Part shown: one piece after another, positions 38,178 through 48,464 of the stretch
How the letters are laid out: each line of letters begins with the position of its first letter
Position numbering within the stretch: position 1 is the first letter of the stretch
Assembly: GCA_015231405.1 (NCBI GenBank)
Contig: JADGBR010000002.1
Location: 133,547 to 197,546 of the forward strand
Source of the DNA: Candidatus Omnitrophota bacterium
GTDB taxonomy: Bacteria > Omnitrophota > Gorgyraeia > Tantalellales > Tantalellaceae
Direction: 5' to 3'
Length of the DNA stretch: 64,000 bases
Notes under the pieces: model-generated
What the model was told of the DNA's origin: nothing
The model's input: only the letters and a program-made list of their open reading frames with translations
The model's database searches: none
Translations under genes and position numbers: made by a program

Positions 38178-38252
38178 CGTGGTTCGTGATTCGTGGATCG
38201 TGGTTCGTAAAAATGTGTCATCAACTTAAACGAATCACGATCCAGGAACCAC
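38178..38252. repeat. GGTTCGTGATTCG-type imperfect hairpin, copy 2
   Basis: GTGGTTCGTGATTCGTGGATCGTGGTTCG ... CGAATCACGATCCAGGAACCAC. Confidence 0.65.
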
Positions 38253-38272
38253 TGACTATTCTATGCCTGCGA

Positions 38273-39547
38273 TTAAATGACCGTCCCGGAGGGAATGATG
38301 GTGTTCTTGCTGATAATAACGATCCCGTCCCTTATAAAATAGTTCGGGCCGTCGAAATGGTCGGCTTTCTGGGTATTTACGATTCTTACGTCGTCGCCTA
38401 TCCGCACGTTCTTATCGATGATGGCTTTCTCTATATGGCAGTTCCTGCCGATACCGATGAGAGGCAGGCCCTGCCTGTGATCTTCAGAGATCTGCTCAGC
38501 TGTCTCGTAATAATCCGTTCCCATGGCGATACTATCCCTAATAATTGTACCCTCCCCGACCCTTAGCCTTAATCCGATGATGGAGTGGGTTATCTCGGCG
38601 GCGTCCAATATACCGCCCTCAGCTACAATACTGCGTTCGATCTTGCAGCCGGAGAACTTCGCGGCCGGAAGGTATCTTGGCCGGGTAAATATCTGCCACG
38701 ACTCGTCGAAGAGATCCAGAGGCGGAACCGCGTCAGTAAGATGCAGGTTCTCGTTATAAAAAGTCTTTATGGTACCGATATCCCTCCAGTACCCGTCGAA
38801 CTGGTAAGCGAAGGTCCTGTGGGTCCTGATAGCCAGGGGGATTATTTCTCTGCCGAAATCTATCTTCGCGTTCTGTACCAGAAGCTCGTAGAGGACCGGC
38901 TTATTGAACATGTAAATACCCATAGACCCGAGGAAAAAGTCCTCTCCGTCCTTTTTAACGGCCATATTTTCTATCTCCGAAAGGACCTTGGGTTTTTCGT
39001 AAAAAGACGTTATTTCCCGTTTCTCGTTGACCGCCATGATCCCGAAACTGGACGCGTCCTCTTTTTTAACGTAATTGCAGGCCACCGTGACTTCGGCGTC
39101 GTTGGCGATATGGTCGCGTACCACGTCCCGGAGATTCATCGTATAAAGCTGGTCGCCGGAAAGGATGATAACGTACTTTATTCCCGGATCGTTGAAATGT
39201 TTGAGACAGCGTCTGACGGCATCGGCCGTACCCTGGAACCATTTGGTGTCGTCCATTGACTGTTCCGCGGCGATTATCTCGACGAAACCTTTAGTGAAGG
39301 ACTCAAGCTTATATGTCCTGGATATATGTTTATTGAGCGACTCCGAGTTGAACTGCGTAAGAACGTAGATCTTTCTGAGGTCCGAATTAAGGCAGTTACT
39401 TACGGGGATATCTATCAGCCGGTGCTTGCCAAAAAGTGGAACAGCGGGCTTACACCTTTCCTTTGTAAGCGGAAATAGACGAGTTCCCTGTCCTCCCCCC
39501 AGGATGACGCAAAGAACTTCCTTGACCGGATTAACAGCTATTCCCAC
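38273..39547 (-). CDS. glgC: Glucose-1-phosphate adenylyltransferase
   Basis: ILGGGQGTRLFPLT nucleotide-binding motif, FVEKP motif, C-terminal left-handed beta-helix. Confidence 0.9.
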   Translation of the reverse strand: MGIAVNPVKEVLCVILGGGQGTRLFPLTKERCKPAVPLFGKHRLIDIPVSNCLNSDLRKIYVLTQFNSESLNKHISRTYKLESFTKGFVEIIAAEQSMDDTKWFQGTADAVRRCLKHFNDPGIKYVIILSGDQLYTMNLRDVVRDHIANDAEVTVACNYVKKEDASSFGIMAVNEKREITSFYEKPKVLSEIENMAVKKDGEDFFLGSMGIYMFNKPVLYELLVQNAKIDFGREIIPLAIRTHRTFAYQFDGYWRDIGTIKTFYNENLHLTDAVPPLDLFDESWQIFTRPRYLPAAKFSGCKIERSIVAEGGILDAAEITHSIIGLRLRVGEGTIIRDSIAMGTDYYETAEQISEDHRQGLPLIGIGRNCHIEKAIIDKNVRIGDDVRIVNTQKADHFDGPNYFIRDGIVIISKNTIIPSGTVI

Positions 39548-39654
39548 CTGATATTCAACCTTCCGGGATAAATAAGTCTTAAAAGTGTTATTACGGAGAT
39601 CCGATATATTCCGCGGGAGGAAAAGGCCCTTCCGCGGGGTTAAAACGCCCGAAG

Positions 39655-39891
39655 TTAACCTTTGAACTTGTATTTCGACCTGAGCTCCAGCTCGGCGGAG
39701 TACCAGTTCCCCTGGTCGTTGCCGTTAGCATAACCGCTCTGGACATAAAGCTCATAAGCTCTTTTCGAAACGAGCGCGTAGAATTCGTCGGCGCACATCC
39801 CTGAGGATTTTTTCCCTCCAGTCCCTTCCGCGCTTGTCTCTGGTTTTTCAACCTTTTTTCTCGTTGTCTTCTTTTCTGCCATATTTATCAC
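39655..39891 (-). CDS. DUF2934-family small protein
   Basis: RAYELYVQSGYANGNDQGNWYSAELEL matches the DUF2934 core (AYxxWxxRGxxxGxDxxDWxxAExE). Confidence 0.5.
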   Translation of the reverse strand: MINMAEKKTTRKKVEKPETSAEGTGGKKSSGMCADEFYALVSKRAYELYVQSGYANGNDQGNWYSAELELRSKYKFKG

Positions 39892-39925
39892 TCCTCCTGT
39901 GTATTTTTATAGTGTGATAAAAGAC

Positions 39926-41506
39926 TTAAACGTAGATCCTGTAATCGATGTCCTTGAAAAGGTTATAATGCGATTCCGCGCTCTCCAGCATCTTCACATC
40001 GATGTTGCCATTGTAAAGCTGATCGTTGAACGACATGAAATGGCTTATATGCTCGCTGGTCCGGTTAACCGCATAGCTTACGAAAGTCCCGGTCTTGATG
40101 ATGAACGCCCAGTCGCTAGCCTGGGCGAGAAGGAGTTCCCTAGCCATTTGGTTGAGGACCCTCCTTTCCATATCGGAAGGCTTTTCGTATTTCCTCGCGA
40201 CATGTGTCATCATCTCTGCCATTTTGTGGAGGTGCTTGTATATCCAATCGTTACAGCCGTCAAGCCATACCTCGCTGTAGCCTTTGTACCCCCAGCTGGA
40301 CATGCCAGGCTGAATGATAGGGTATTTGTCATATTTTTTGAGATACTCGCCGGGAGTTATCGTTTTCACTTTATCCTGGTCGAAATGCATCTTCCTAAAA
40401 AGGAACTCTATCCACTCAGGTCCCTCGAACCACCAGTGACCAAAGAGCTCGGCGTCGTAAGGGGAGACTATTATAGGCTCCCTGTCCATGACACCGCGGA
40501 GATGTTCTACCTGTTTTTCCCTGTTGTACATGAAATTCCCGGCATGAGATGCCGCCGCCTCAAGTGCCGATACCCTGTTATAAATGTCTTTGTGATCGTT
40601 CTCTCCGGTTATCCTGTTGTATTTGATCCCGGTATTGATCCGGGTCCCGCAGTTGTTCACAAAGGGTTTGATATAGTCGTAATCCAGATCGAAGCCGATA
40701 TCCCTGTAATACTCCCTGTACCGATGATCCCCGGGATAGCCCTCTTTGGAGCTCCATACCGATTTCGAACTTTCAAGGTCGCGTCCGAACACCGCCGTCC
40801 CAGAAGACGTGAGATACGGGCTGTAAACGCCGTACCTGGGCCTCGGCTCGCCAAAAAGTATACCATGCGTCTCGACAAAGAAATACTTTATCCCGAACTC
40901 GGCGAGTATAGCATCGTGGCCGGGATGGTATCCGCATTCCGGAAGCCATATCCCGATAGGACCCTTACCGAAAACCTCTTTGTAAGTGTTAACCGCCACT
41001 TCAACCTGCGCCCTTACGGCCGGTCTGTAAAGGTCCATTAACGGTAAATAGCCGTGGGTCGCGCAGCAGGTTATGACCTCGACCTTGCCCATATCCTGGA
41101 ATTTCTTAAAAGCTGTAAGGATATTATTATTGTACTTATCGGCGAAAACCCTTTTTGTTTCGGTGAATCTCTTATTGTACATATGGGCTAGCTTATTCAA
41201 ACGCTCGTCGTAACCTGTCCGCTGTATCTCAAGCTCAGTCAGTTGGATAAGCTTGTCCAAGTGCCTGTGGTACCTTGAGATAAGAAGGTCGTCGCGGAGC
41301 ATAGAGATGAGCGTCGGGGAGAGAGATACCGTGATATGAAAATCTACGTTATCATCGATCAGGCTATCGAACACGTTTATAAGCGGAACATATGTATCCG
41401 TGATAGCTTCGAAAAACCAGTTCTCTTCCAGGAAACTGTCATGTTCGGGATGCCTTATAAAAGGCAGATGCGCGTGCAATACTAAAGCTAAATAACCTTG
41501 TGCCAT
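39926..41506 (-). CDS. GH57-family 1,4-alpha-glucan branching enzyme
   Basis: N-terminus GYLALVLHAHLPFIRHPE (GH57 region 1), 526 aa, helical C-terminal domain typical of GH57 branching enzymes. Confidence 0.75.
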   Translation of the reverse strand: MAQGYLALVLHAHLPFIRHPEHDSFLEENWFFEAITDTYVPLINVFDSLIDDNVDFHITVSLSPTLISMLRDDLLISRYHRHLDKLIQLTELEIQRTGYDERLNKLAHMYNKRFTETKRVFADKYNNNILTAFKKFQDMGKVEVITCCATHGYLPLMDLYRPAVRAQVEVAVNTYKEVFGKGPIGIWLPECGYHPGHDAILAEFGIKYFFVETHGILFGEPRPRYGVYSPYLTSSGTAVFGRDLESSKSVWSSKEGYPGDHRYREYYRDIGFDLDYDYIKPFVNNCGTRINTGIKYNRITGENDHKDIYNRVSALEAAASHAGNFMYNREKQVEHLRGVMDREPIIVSPYDAELFGHWWFEGPEWIEFLFRKMHFDQDKVKTITPGEYLKKYDKYPIIQPGMSSWGYKGYSEVWLDGCNDWIYKHLHKMAEMMTHVARKYEKPSDMERRVLNQMARELLLAQASDWAFIIKTGTFVSYAVNRTSEHISHFMSFNDQLYNGNIDVKMLESAESHYNLFKDIDYRIYV

Positions 41507-41513
41507 AAAATTT

Positions 41514-42197
41514 TTATTTTTTGTGATGCGAGAAGAGGCTCGCTGAACCGAACATACCCGAAATAATGCCTCCCGAGGACAACCATTCTTTCAGGCGGCG
41601 CGTGATCATCTCTTTCAGGCTCATGGAGCTGGTCCCAACCCCGTAGCCGCCCGACATAGCGAACATCTTATAGTAGAGATCCTCGGAACACATCCATTTA
41701 TCATCAAAAACATCGGACATGCCGTAACTGGGGGCGCTAACTACGTTAGACCTGATCAGGGGAAAAAACTCACCGTTAGTACATTTAATACCTATCTCGA
41801 CCATCCATTTCCGGCCGGGTTTGTGGGTATGTATATACCATTTGTCTATGAAGTCCCTAAGCTCAAAATCGAAAACTATTTTGTCCTGAAGCTCATCCAG
41901 GCTGTCTGTCACGTCGTATACCCTAAGAATGCTTGATGCTATCTGAAGCCCTTTTTTGCTGATCTCATGTACGGTTTTGTCTTCAATTTCTTTCTTTACT
42001 TCCCAATAAGAAAATATCGTCCAGGGATCTCTGACCATCAGGACGATCTTGTGATCATTATAACTGGCCGGTATCTTGAAATCGCCATAGAATTTAATGG
42101 CTTGTTTGTTCCCCGGCTTGGAATCGCTGCTGTATGAGTCAAAACTTGATTCTGCCATACTCTCTCTTGTCCTTGGCGAAAAAAATGCCCTTTTCAA
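41514..42197 (-). CDS. DUF4912-domain protein (commonly paired with GH57 enzymes)
   Basis: VRDPWTIFSYWEV motif; immediately upstream of the GH57 branching enzyme. Confidence 0.55.
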   Translation of the reverse strand: MKRAFFSPRTRESMAESSFDSYSSDSKPGNKQAIKFYGDFKIPASYNDHKIVLMVRDPWTIFSYWEVKKEIEDKTVHEISKKGLQIASSILRVYDVTDSLDELQDKIVFDFELRDFIDKWYIHTHKPGRKWMVEIGIKCTNGEFFPLIRSNVVSAPSYGMSDVFDDKWMCSEDLYYKMFAMSGGYGVGTSSMSLKEMITRRLKEWLSSGGIISGMFGSASLFSHHKK

Positions 42198-42467
42198 TTT
42201 TCAATAAAATGGGATTTGTAACCGACGTTGGCAATTCTACGCCGAAAAATAAATAATGTCAAGACAAATAATCATCAGAAGAAATATTTAAAAATTTTCC
42301 GGCAACACATCGGCCACAATTGAATATTTAAAGCTTTTCACCTTCTTTATAAAAGAATATTTTGGGTTTTTCTTATTTTTAAAGATTGCATTATGTGAAA
42401 TCCAGCACAAATTTTATTATTTATTATTATGTGTTTAATATTATTGTGCTTTAAGGCACATATCTTC
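42198..42467. promoter_or_regulatory. AT-rich (about 75% AT) 270-bp intergenic island, likely promoter/UP region inside the glycogen cluster
   Basis: Sharp composition drop relative to the ~50% GC surroundings; many A/T tracts; no palindromic repeat element, unlike most other spacers here. Confidence 0.35.
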
Positions 42468-44660
42468 TTATTGAATTTTTAGATCTATCGTTACTTTTTT
42501 CTCCTCACCGGCTTTCAATTTTAACATCCAAAAAGGCATTATCATCGATCCCTGGTAATTCCGTTCATATGATACCTCCGACTGGGATACCGTCTCTACG
42601 GGAAAATGCCAGATAGAACAAATGGTTGAAAAACCCAGTTCCACTGAACATTTCTTTTCGTTATCGATGATCCTTAAGTCCTTCACCTTGTCTATCGCCA
42701 GTTTTTCTTTTAAGCCGACTTGATTTCCTTTCGAACTAAGCGATAGAACATACTGGGAAGAATCCGCATTAGGCATTGAAATATTCATTTCGATCCCAAA
42801 ATTAGCTTCAAGCTGTTTTTGACCCTTGTTCTTTATGCTGTATTCTACGGAGAATTCAGCCCCTGTCCTGGGAAAAGTTATCTTCTTAGTTATGGAAACT
42901 GCAGTACCTTTCACCTCCGATACCCTCGCCATCGAAACCGCGACCGACTTAGCGGATTTTTTCAGGGTCATGGTATATACTCCCCCAGCGAAACCTCCGA
43001 GTTCACTATAGTTGTTTCGCGAAAAATCCTCTAACCCTAGGGACTCGTCGAAAAATCTGTCTATCAATGAATGCCTGAGGTTGGTGTCATAGATCAAATA
43101 GTTCTTTATACCAGCGTCAGCCACCTGTATGGCGTCATGGATTGTCTTACACTCCCCGTGTTCCTTTTTCTCTTTTTCCTCTATCTTTCTGAGTATGGTA
43201 CGGTGATAAGCTTCCTTGCGCCTCGTCAGCCCGTTCATCAGGTTCTGGCATACCTCCCCTTTAACGTCTATTTCCTTAATGACCCCGCCCTCCGCCGGGT
43301 CAACGCAAATAGACATCTCCCTATTCTCGATGACGGCCTCGTTGAGGCTATCCCCGTCGAAATCGACCTCGGTCGCCTCAAGCATATCCTTACTCCCGTG
43401 GAGAACCTTATCCAGAAGGGTCTCGGCCTTGATAATGTGATGGTATAATGCCCTCCGGAGATGAAAAAGGTATAATCCTCCGAATACGCCGTGCCAGTAC
43501 GCGCAATTGCATTGCCCCCTGTAGAGATCCCTTTCTGCCTCACGGAAACCGGCGTCCCCTGAATGCTTTCCCCGGGCAGCATCGATCTTGGCGCTGACAT
43601 AAAGCATTTTTTTGTTCATGTTGTTGGACTCGGGATATTTAGTCAAAAAATTCCGCCAGAATCCCCCTTTGAAATAAGGCTTATAATAATCCTCTTTGCC
43701 GGCGTTCCTGATCTCCTCATGTATGTTCTCAAATTCCTCCTGCGATGAAGCGGGAAGAGCCCATTCGAGCATTTCCTCGTATGAGCTCGTCCCGAGATAT
43801 ATCCTGCCTAAAGGCGCTTTTTCTTCAAGACACTCCGAAAACGTAGTGGTCCTGAGCCACGAACTGTTCTTTTGGAGTTCGTCGAAGAATTTCCTGAGCC
43901 AGCCGTCCTCATAAACCCATTTGTGGGTGCCGGGCCACTCCCCGAACTTCTCGCCGTCGTCCCCGTATATAAATGTAGGATTTTCGATATATCCGGAAAC
44001 ATGTTTTATATACTCTATGGCCTCATGGGGCAGCTTGAACGGAAGATGATATCTCAGGACCTTATCCGAAGGGAACACCGCCACGGTCTTCCCGTTATCC
44101 TCGGTTATGTAGTGACCGTATGTCCGGTCTTTTTTGACGCCGCTGTAAAGAAAATGGGTGTCGTCGAGTATGACGTATTTTATGCCGGCGTCTAAAAGCG
44201 TAGACGGAAGTCCGGGTTCCCACACCCTTTCGGCTATCCACGCTCCCTTAGGGTCGCTTCCGAAACGCTTGTTCAGATACTCTTTCAGCATTTTTATCTG
44301 TGCGACCCTGTCGCGCTCGGGAATGGAAGGCAATATGGGCTCATAAAAACCGCCGGCTATCATTTCTATCTGGCCTCTGTCGACCATATTCTTTATTATG
44401 ATGAGTATCTCCGGCCTTTTGGCCTCCAGCCATTCCAGGAGGCACCCCGTAAGGTGAAAACTCATCCTGATGTCGGGATATTCGTTCAAAAGGCTTATGA
44501 AAGGCAGATAGCACCTGTCGCATATCCCCTCAATAACATGGTCGAAATTGCCCACCGGCTGGTGGAAATGTATTGCCATTAATAAGTCTGCTTTCATGTC
44601 GCCTCCTGTTATTGCGTATGAGCTCTTAAATATACATGTAGTGATGGGTGACATTACCAA
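42468..44660 (-). CDS. GH57-family glycoside hydrolase (4-alpha-glucanotransferase/amylopullulanase-like)
   Basis: N-terminus LLMAIHFHQPVGNF (GH57 region 1), GH57 catalytic region, 730 aa with beta-rich C-terminal domain. Confidence 0.75.
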   Translation of the reverse strand: MVMSPITTCIFKSSYAITGGDMKADLLMAIHFHQPVGNFDHVIEGICDRCYLPFISLLNEYPDIRMSFHLTGCLLEWLEAKRPEILIIIKNMVDRGQIEMIAGGFYEPILPSIPERDRVAQIKMLKEYLNKRFGSDPKGAWIAERVWEPGLPSTLLDAGIKYVILDDTHFLYSGVKKDRTYGHYITEDNGKTVAVFPSDKVLRYHLPFKLPHEAIEYIKHVSGYIENPTFIYGDDGEKFGEWPGTHKWVYEDGWLRKFFDELQKNSSWLRTTTFSECLEEKAPLGRIYLGTSSYEEMLEWALPASSQEEFENIHEEIRNAGKEDYYKPYFKGGFWRNFLTKYPESNNMNKKMLYVSAKIDAARGKHSGDAGFREAERDLYRGQCNCAYWHGVFGGLYLFHLRRALYHHIIKAETLLDKVLHGSKDMLEATEVDFDGDSLNEAVIENREMSICVDPAEGGVIKEIDVKGEVCQNLMNGLTRRKEAYHRTILRKIEEKEKKEHGECKTIHDAIQVADAGIKNYLIYDTNLRHSLIDRFFDESLGLEDFSRNNYSELGGFAGGVYTMTLKKSAKSVAVSMARVSEVKGTAVSITKKITFPRTGAEFSVEYSIKNKGQKQLEANFGIEMNISMPNADSSQYVLSLSSKGNQVGLKEKLAIDKVKDLRIIDNEKKCSVELGFSTICSIWHFPVETVSQSEVSYERNYQGSMIMPFWMLKLKAGEEKKVTIDLKIQ

Positions 44661-44760
44661 GTGGGGTAACGATCAGTGACGGGTGATGGGTTAATGTATC
44701 CTAGCCCACATTAACTCATCAATCATCACCCATCACTCATCGCTAGTCGTCACCCATCAC
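44641..44760. repeat. GTGATGGGTGA-type long imperfect palindrome, copy 1 (~120 bp)
   Basis: GTGATGGGTGAC...GTGACGGGTGATGGGTTAATGT | ACATTAAC...CATCACCCATCAC...GTCACCCATCAC. Confidence 0.7.
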
Positions 44761-44784
44761 TAAAAGTTATCCCTGCGCACAATG

Positions 44785-46218
44785 TCACTTATTCAAAATA
44801 CTCCTATACACCTCAACATACTCCCTAGCCGAACGATCCCACGAAAAATCACACGCCATTGCACGCTTCATAAGCCCACGCCATGCCCCGTCGCCATGAT
44901 ATTTATGAACGGCCCGGGTTATCGCGGACAGAAAGTCGGCGGCCGTAAAAAGTCCGAATTTGAACCCGTTGCCATTCTCCCCTTCGTCATCCGCGTCAAT
45001 TATGACGTCGTCGAGACCGCCGGTCGCGTGAACGACTGGTATTGTGCCGTATTTAAGACTATATATCTGGTTGAGGCCGCAAGGCTCGAACATCGACGGC
45101 ATCAGAAAGATATCCGACCCAGCCTCTATTCTGTGCGCCAGCGACTCGTTAAATTCATTAAATAACTTCACCCTTCCCGGATACCTCGCCTCGGCGGCCT
45201 TAAATGCGGCGGCGTACCTGATATCCCCTTCTCCCAGGATAACGACCCCCGCGCCGAGTTTAATGATACCGTCCAGCGCTTCGGCAAGCTTGTCCACTCC
45301 CTTCTGGATGACCAGCCTCCCGATAAAACCCAGGAGCGGCTTATCCGTTCCCGTGACGAGCCCGGTGTGACAAAGGATCTCTTTCTTGCATTCCGTTTTT
45401 TTCTCGAGCGTTGAGGAGCAGTAATTAGTTCCGATGAGATTGTCTGTCGCCGGGTCCCATTTACCGTAATCCGCGCCGTTCAGTATCCCGGAAAAAGAAT
45501 CACCTCTCTTGGCGATAAATGTTTCCAAACCGCATCCGAGCTCCGAGGTCTTTATTTCCTCGGCGTATTTTTTGCTCACGGTATTGACGGCGTCGGCGTA
45601 AAGGATCCCCGCCTTCATGAAATTCATTTTACCGTAAGCTTCCACCTTAACACCCAGGATCTTCGAGAATATCCTTGAGCACGAGCCCTGATACGCCGCG
45701 TTGTGTATGGTGAACAGGGTCCCGGGTCTTTTCCTAAGACGCGCGTTCCTTAAGTAGTACGGGATGATAGCGGTATGCCAATCGTTCGAGTGGATGATAT
45801 CAGGATCAAGCGCGGCACTCTCCTGGAACGCGGTCACGGCCTTTGAAAAAAAACCGAACCGTAAAGCGTTATCGGGGTAACCCCATGAAGGCTGACCATA
45901 GATCCCGCGTCGGCCAAAATACCAGCTGTTCTCGATAAAATAGACTTTCAGGGAGCCAAAGGCCGTCATGTGAACATTGAACCGGGACGTCCACCCCGTT
46001 AATGGATGATACACGCGCAAAACGGCGGGCCGTATATCATGCCCGGCGTCCCTCACGGACCTGTAATAAGGTATAACAACGCTGACGTCGTGGCCGAGCT
46101 CCGCGAGCGCCTTCGGAAGGCTTCCCCCGACGTCGCCCAGGCCTCCGGTCTTCGCGAAAGGCGCCGCCTCGGCGGAGGCGAACAATATCTTTAACGGTTT
46201 ATTTTTATTTGATATCAT
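44785..46218 (-). CDS. glgA: Glycogen (starch) synthase
   Basis: KILFASAEAAPFAKTGGLGDV N-terminal ADP-glucose motif (K-T-G-G-L), GT5 fold. The start is corrected to Met 46218 because the track ORF extends through an upstream hairpin repeat. Confidence 0.85.
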   Translation of the reverse strand: MISNKNKPLKILFASAEAAPFAKTGGLGDVGGSLPKALAELGHDVSVVIPYYRSVRDAGHDIRPAVLRVYHPLTGWTSRFNVHMTAFGSLKVYFIENSWYFGRRGIYGQPSWGYPDNALRFGFFSKAVTAFQESAALDPDIIHSNDWHTAIIPYYLRNARLRKRPGTLFTIHNAAYQGSCSRIFSKILGVKVEAYGKMNFMKAGILYADAVNTVSKKYAEEIKTSELGCGLETFIAKRGDSFSGILNGADYGKWDPATDNLIGTNYCSSTLEKKTECKKEILCHTGLVTGTDKPLLGFIGRLVIQKGVDKLAEALDGIIKLGAGVVILGEGDIRYAAAFKAAEARYPGRVKLFNEFNESLAHRIEAGSDIFLMPSMFEPCGLNQIYSLKYGTIPVVHATGGLDDVIIDADDEGENGNGFKFGLFTAADFLSAITRAVHKYHGDGAWRGLMKRAMACDFSWDRSAREYVEVYRSILNK

Positions 46219-46225
46219 TTTCAAT

Positions 46226-46310
46226 TTGGTGGTTCGTGGGTCGGTAGAAGTGGGGCGACAAAACCACCAAAACGAATCACGAATCACGAACCACGAATCA
46301 CGAACCACTA
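46226..46310. repeat. GGTTCGTGATTCG-type imperfect hairpin, copy 3
   Basis: TTGGTGGTTCGTGGGTCGG...CCACCAAAACGAATCACGAATCACGAACCACGAATCACGAACCAC. Confidence 0.65.
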
Positions 46311-46315
46311 TAACA

Positions 46316-48394
46316 TCAAGGTACAATTACCTTAAAAAATCCGGCAATCGGCCAAGTTTCAAGGAGCTCTTTATCATTTTTCACGTTGATCCTAAAATTC
46401 AGCTCATCCTTCTTCTCGGCGCCGAGTTCGGAAAAAGGTATCCTGGCTTCCAGGATATCCTCAAAAGCGAATGTCATGAAATATACCTCTTTCACCTTTT
46501 CGCCCTCTATGCCTGAGGCCGATATTTTACCCTTATGTCCCTTTTTCAAAGGCATTTCTATCGTTATCCTTATGGGGCTGGCGAAATTCACTTCGACAGT
46601 AAGCGGCGAAAGGTCAAGAGCCCATACCTCCGGGTCCGGCGCGGCCATAAGATAAATGTTTTCCCGGTCCAGCCCATATGCCACTTTTTCGATTATCATC
46701 TCGGGTCTAGCCATCGCCATGTAAAGCTCATTAGCGCCTACTTGCCTGGCAGATCCCCATTCCAGCTCGTATGTCAGCACCCCGTCTATCTCGGGAGGCG
46801 TCATTAAAGTCTCGGTATCCGACATGGCCGGCGCCTTCCTCCCGTAGAGCGGCTCTTTAAGAAAAGCCGGCACATCCCGGCCCATGAGGCGGTAGACGTT
46901 CATGAGATGCATCCTGAAAAGATCGTCGAAAACATGGTTAAGCTCGGTGCCGAACTCGTCGTACCACCAGAACCAGTCGCTCGACTGGGCTATATAGATC
47001 TCTTCCATCGCCTCCGGCTTCGGTTCACCCATGGAGAAGAGTTCCGCCCTGACCTTCTCGAGGTATTCCCAGGCCCTGTTCTTTTCCGGGGACCCGATCC
47101 ATTTCCTGAAATTCCCGTTTATCCAGGAACCGCTGGCTATGTCCCTGATCTTGTCCTTGTGGCGGCATTTCTCGAGACACCCTCCCATGGTAACGGTCCT
47201 GGTCTCTTTGCACTCCGAAAGCATCCGGTATGTCTCCAGAAGGAAATCCTTCCCGCCGTTCGGGTAATACGGCCAGGGGTTTTCGCCGTCCAGGATTATC
47301 GAAACGACATGGTCGCCCTGGGCCGGGTCCGTGGCGTTCTTGATGCCCAGTATATTCCTGTAAAGGTCGTTGGCCGCGTCTTTACCGGTCATGTTCGCGT
47401 ATTTGAAGCTTATATCGTTGGAAATATTCACGTCCCGGAAAAGCATCGATATGTTCTTCCACCCGGGTCCGGCGACAGAGAAAGACCGAAAGACCAGGTC
47501 GTCCCGCTCAGCGCCTTTCCCCTCCCATGTCTTGTGAAGTATGGCTTCATCCGCCGCTATCCACTTGACCCCTTCTTCGATCAGGAGCGGTATTATATCA
47601 CCGCTGACGCCGCCTTCAGCCGGCCACATGCCTTTGGGTTTCCGGCGGAATATGCTCTTGTAGAACTCCGCCGCTTTCCGGACATGCCAACGGGCGTCGT
47701 CCCGCGACGTCTTCTGCGCGACAAGAGGAAGTATCGGGTGATAATAGGGGGTCGTGGATATCTCGATCCTACCTTCCTTCTGTGCTTTGCTATATAGAGG
47801 AATGATGGTCGATATGACCTCTTTCTGCTTGCCTATGATATTCCTTTTATCGTCATCGGAATATCCTCTCCCTTTTAGGAGCAGGCTTTTGATAAGAGGG
47901 TCCATGTTTTTCAGGGTGAACCCGCACCAGGCGAGGTTGAAATAGACCTGGAGGTCCGTTATCTCGGCGTCGGTGAAATGCCCCGACTTCTCTTTAAGGA
48001 CTTTAGGGTCAAGAACATCGCCGCGTTTTCCGAAAAGCGCCTTGTACCCCTTTATCGGCGCTATCTGGGTCGAAGGGTTACAGGAAAAGAAGTTGCGAAG
48101 TATGAATATTTTCTCGTCATATGAAAGGTCCGACGCTTTTTTCAGGGACAGCTTAAGGTAAACGTCGTCTATCTCGTCGTTTTCCGCGAAATCCTTAATC
48201 TGGTACAAAAGGGTAGGCGACAGGTTGAATGTACATTTTATTTTCGGGAACTCGGCGAGGATGGATATCATGTCGATATACGAGTATGTAGCGTGCAGCC
48301 TCACCCAAGGCAGATGATATTTACCGGTCACCAGGTCCTTGTATAAAGGCTGGTGCATGTGCCACAGGAAAGCTACTGATAACCGTTTTGCCAT
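46316..48394 (-). CDS. GH57-family glycoside hydrolase, third paralog
   Basis: N-terminus VAFLWHMHQPLYKD (GH57 HQP motif); 692 aa. Confidence 0.7.
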   Translation of the reverse strand: MAKRLSVAFLWHMHQPLYKDLVTGKYHLPWVRLHATYSYIDMISILAEFPKIKCTFNLSPTLLYQIKDFAENDEIDDVYLKLSLKKASDLSYDEKIFILRNFFSCNPSTQIAPIKGYKALFGKRGDVLDPKVLKEKSGHFTDAEITDLQVYFNLAWCGFTLKNMDPLIKSLLLKGRGYSDDDKRNIIGKQKEVISTIIPLYSKAQKEGRIEISTTPYYHPILPLVAQKTSRDDARWHVRKAAEFYKSIFRRKPKGMWPAEGGVSGDIIPLLIEEGVKWIAADEAILHKTWEGKGAERDDLVFRSFSVAGPGWKNISMLFRDVNISNDISFKYANMTGKDAANDLYRNILGIKNATDPAQGDHVVSIILDGENPWPYYPNGGKDFLLETYRMLSECKETRTVTMGGCLEKCRHKDKIRDIASGSWINGNFRKWIGSPEKNRAWEYLEKVRAELFSMGEPKPEAMEEIYIAQSSDWFWWYDEFGTELNHVFDDLFRMHLMNVYRLMGRDVPAFLKEPLYGRKAPAMSDTETLMTPPEIDGVLTYELEWGSARQVGANELYMAMARPEMIIEKVAYGLDRENIYLMAAPDPEVWALDLSPLTVEVNFASPIRITIEMPLKKGHKGKISASGIEGEKVKEVYFMTFAFEDILEARIPFSELGAEKKDELNFRINVKNDKELLETWPIAGFFKVIVP

Positions 48395-48464
48395 GGGAGA
48401 TCCCTTTAGGTGCTATAAGAACTTTATGATATAAGCAATGATAGTCGTCGTCAAGTGAATAACC

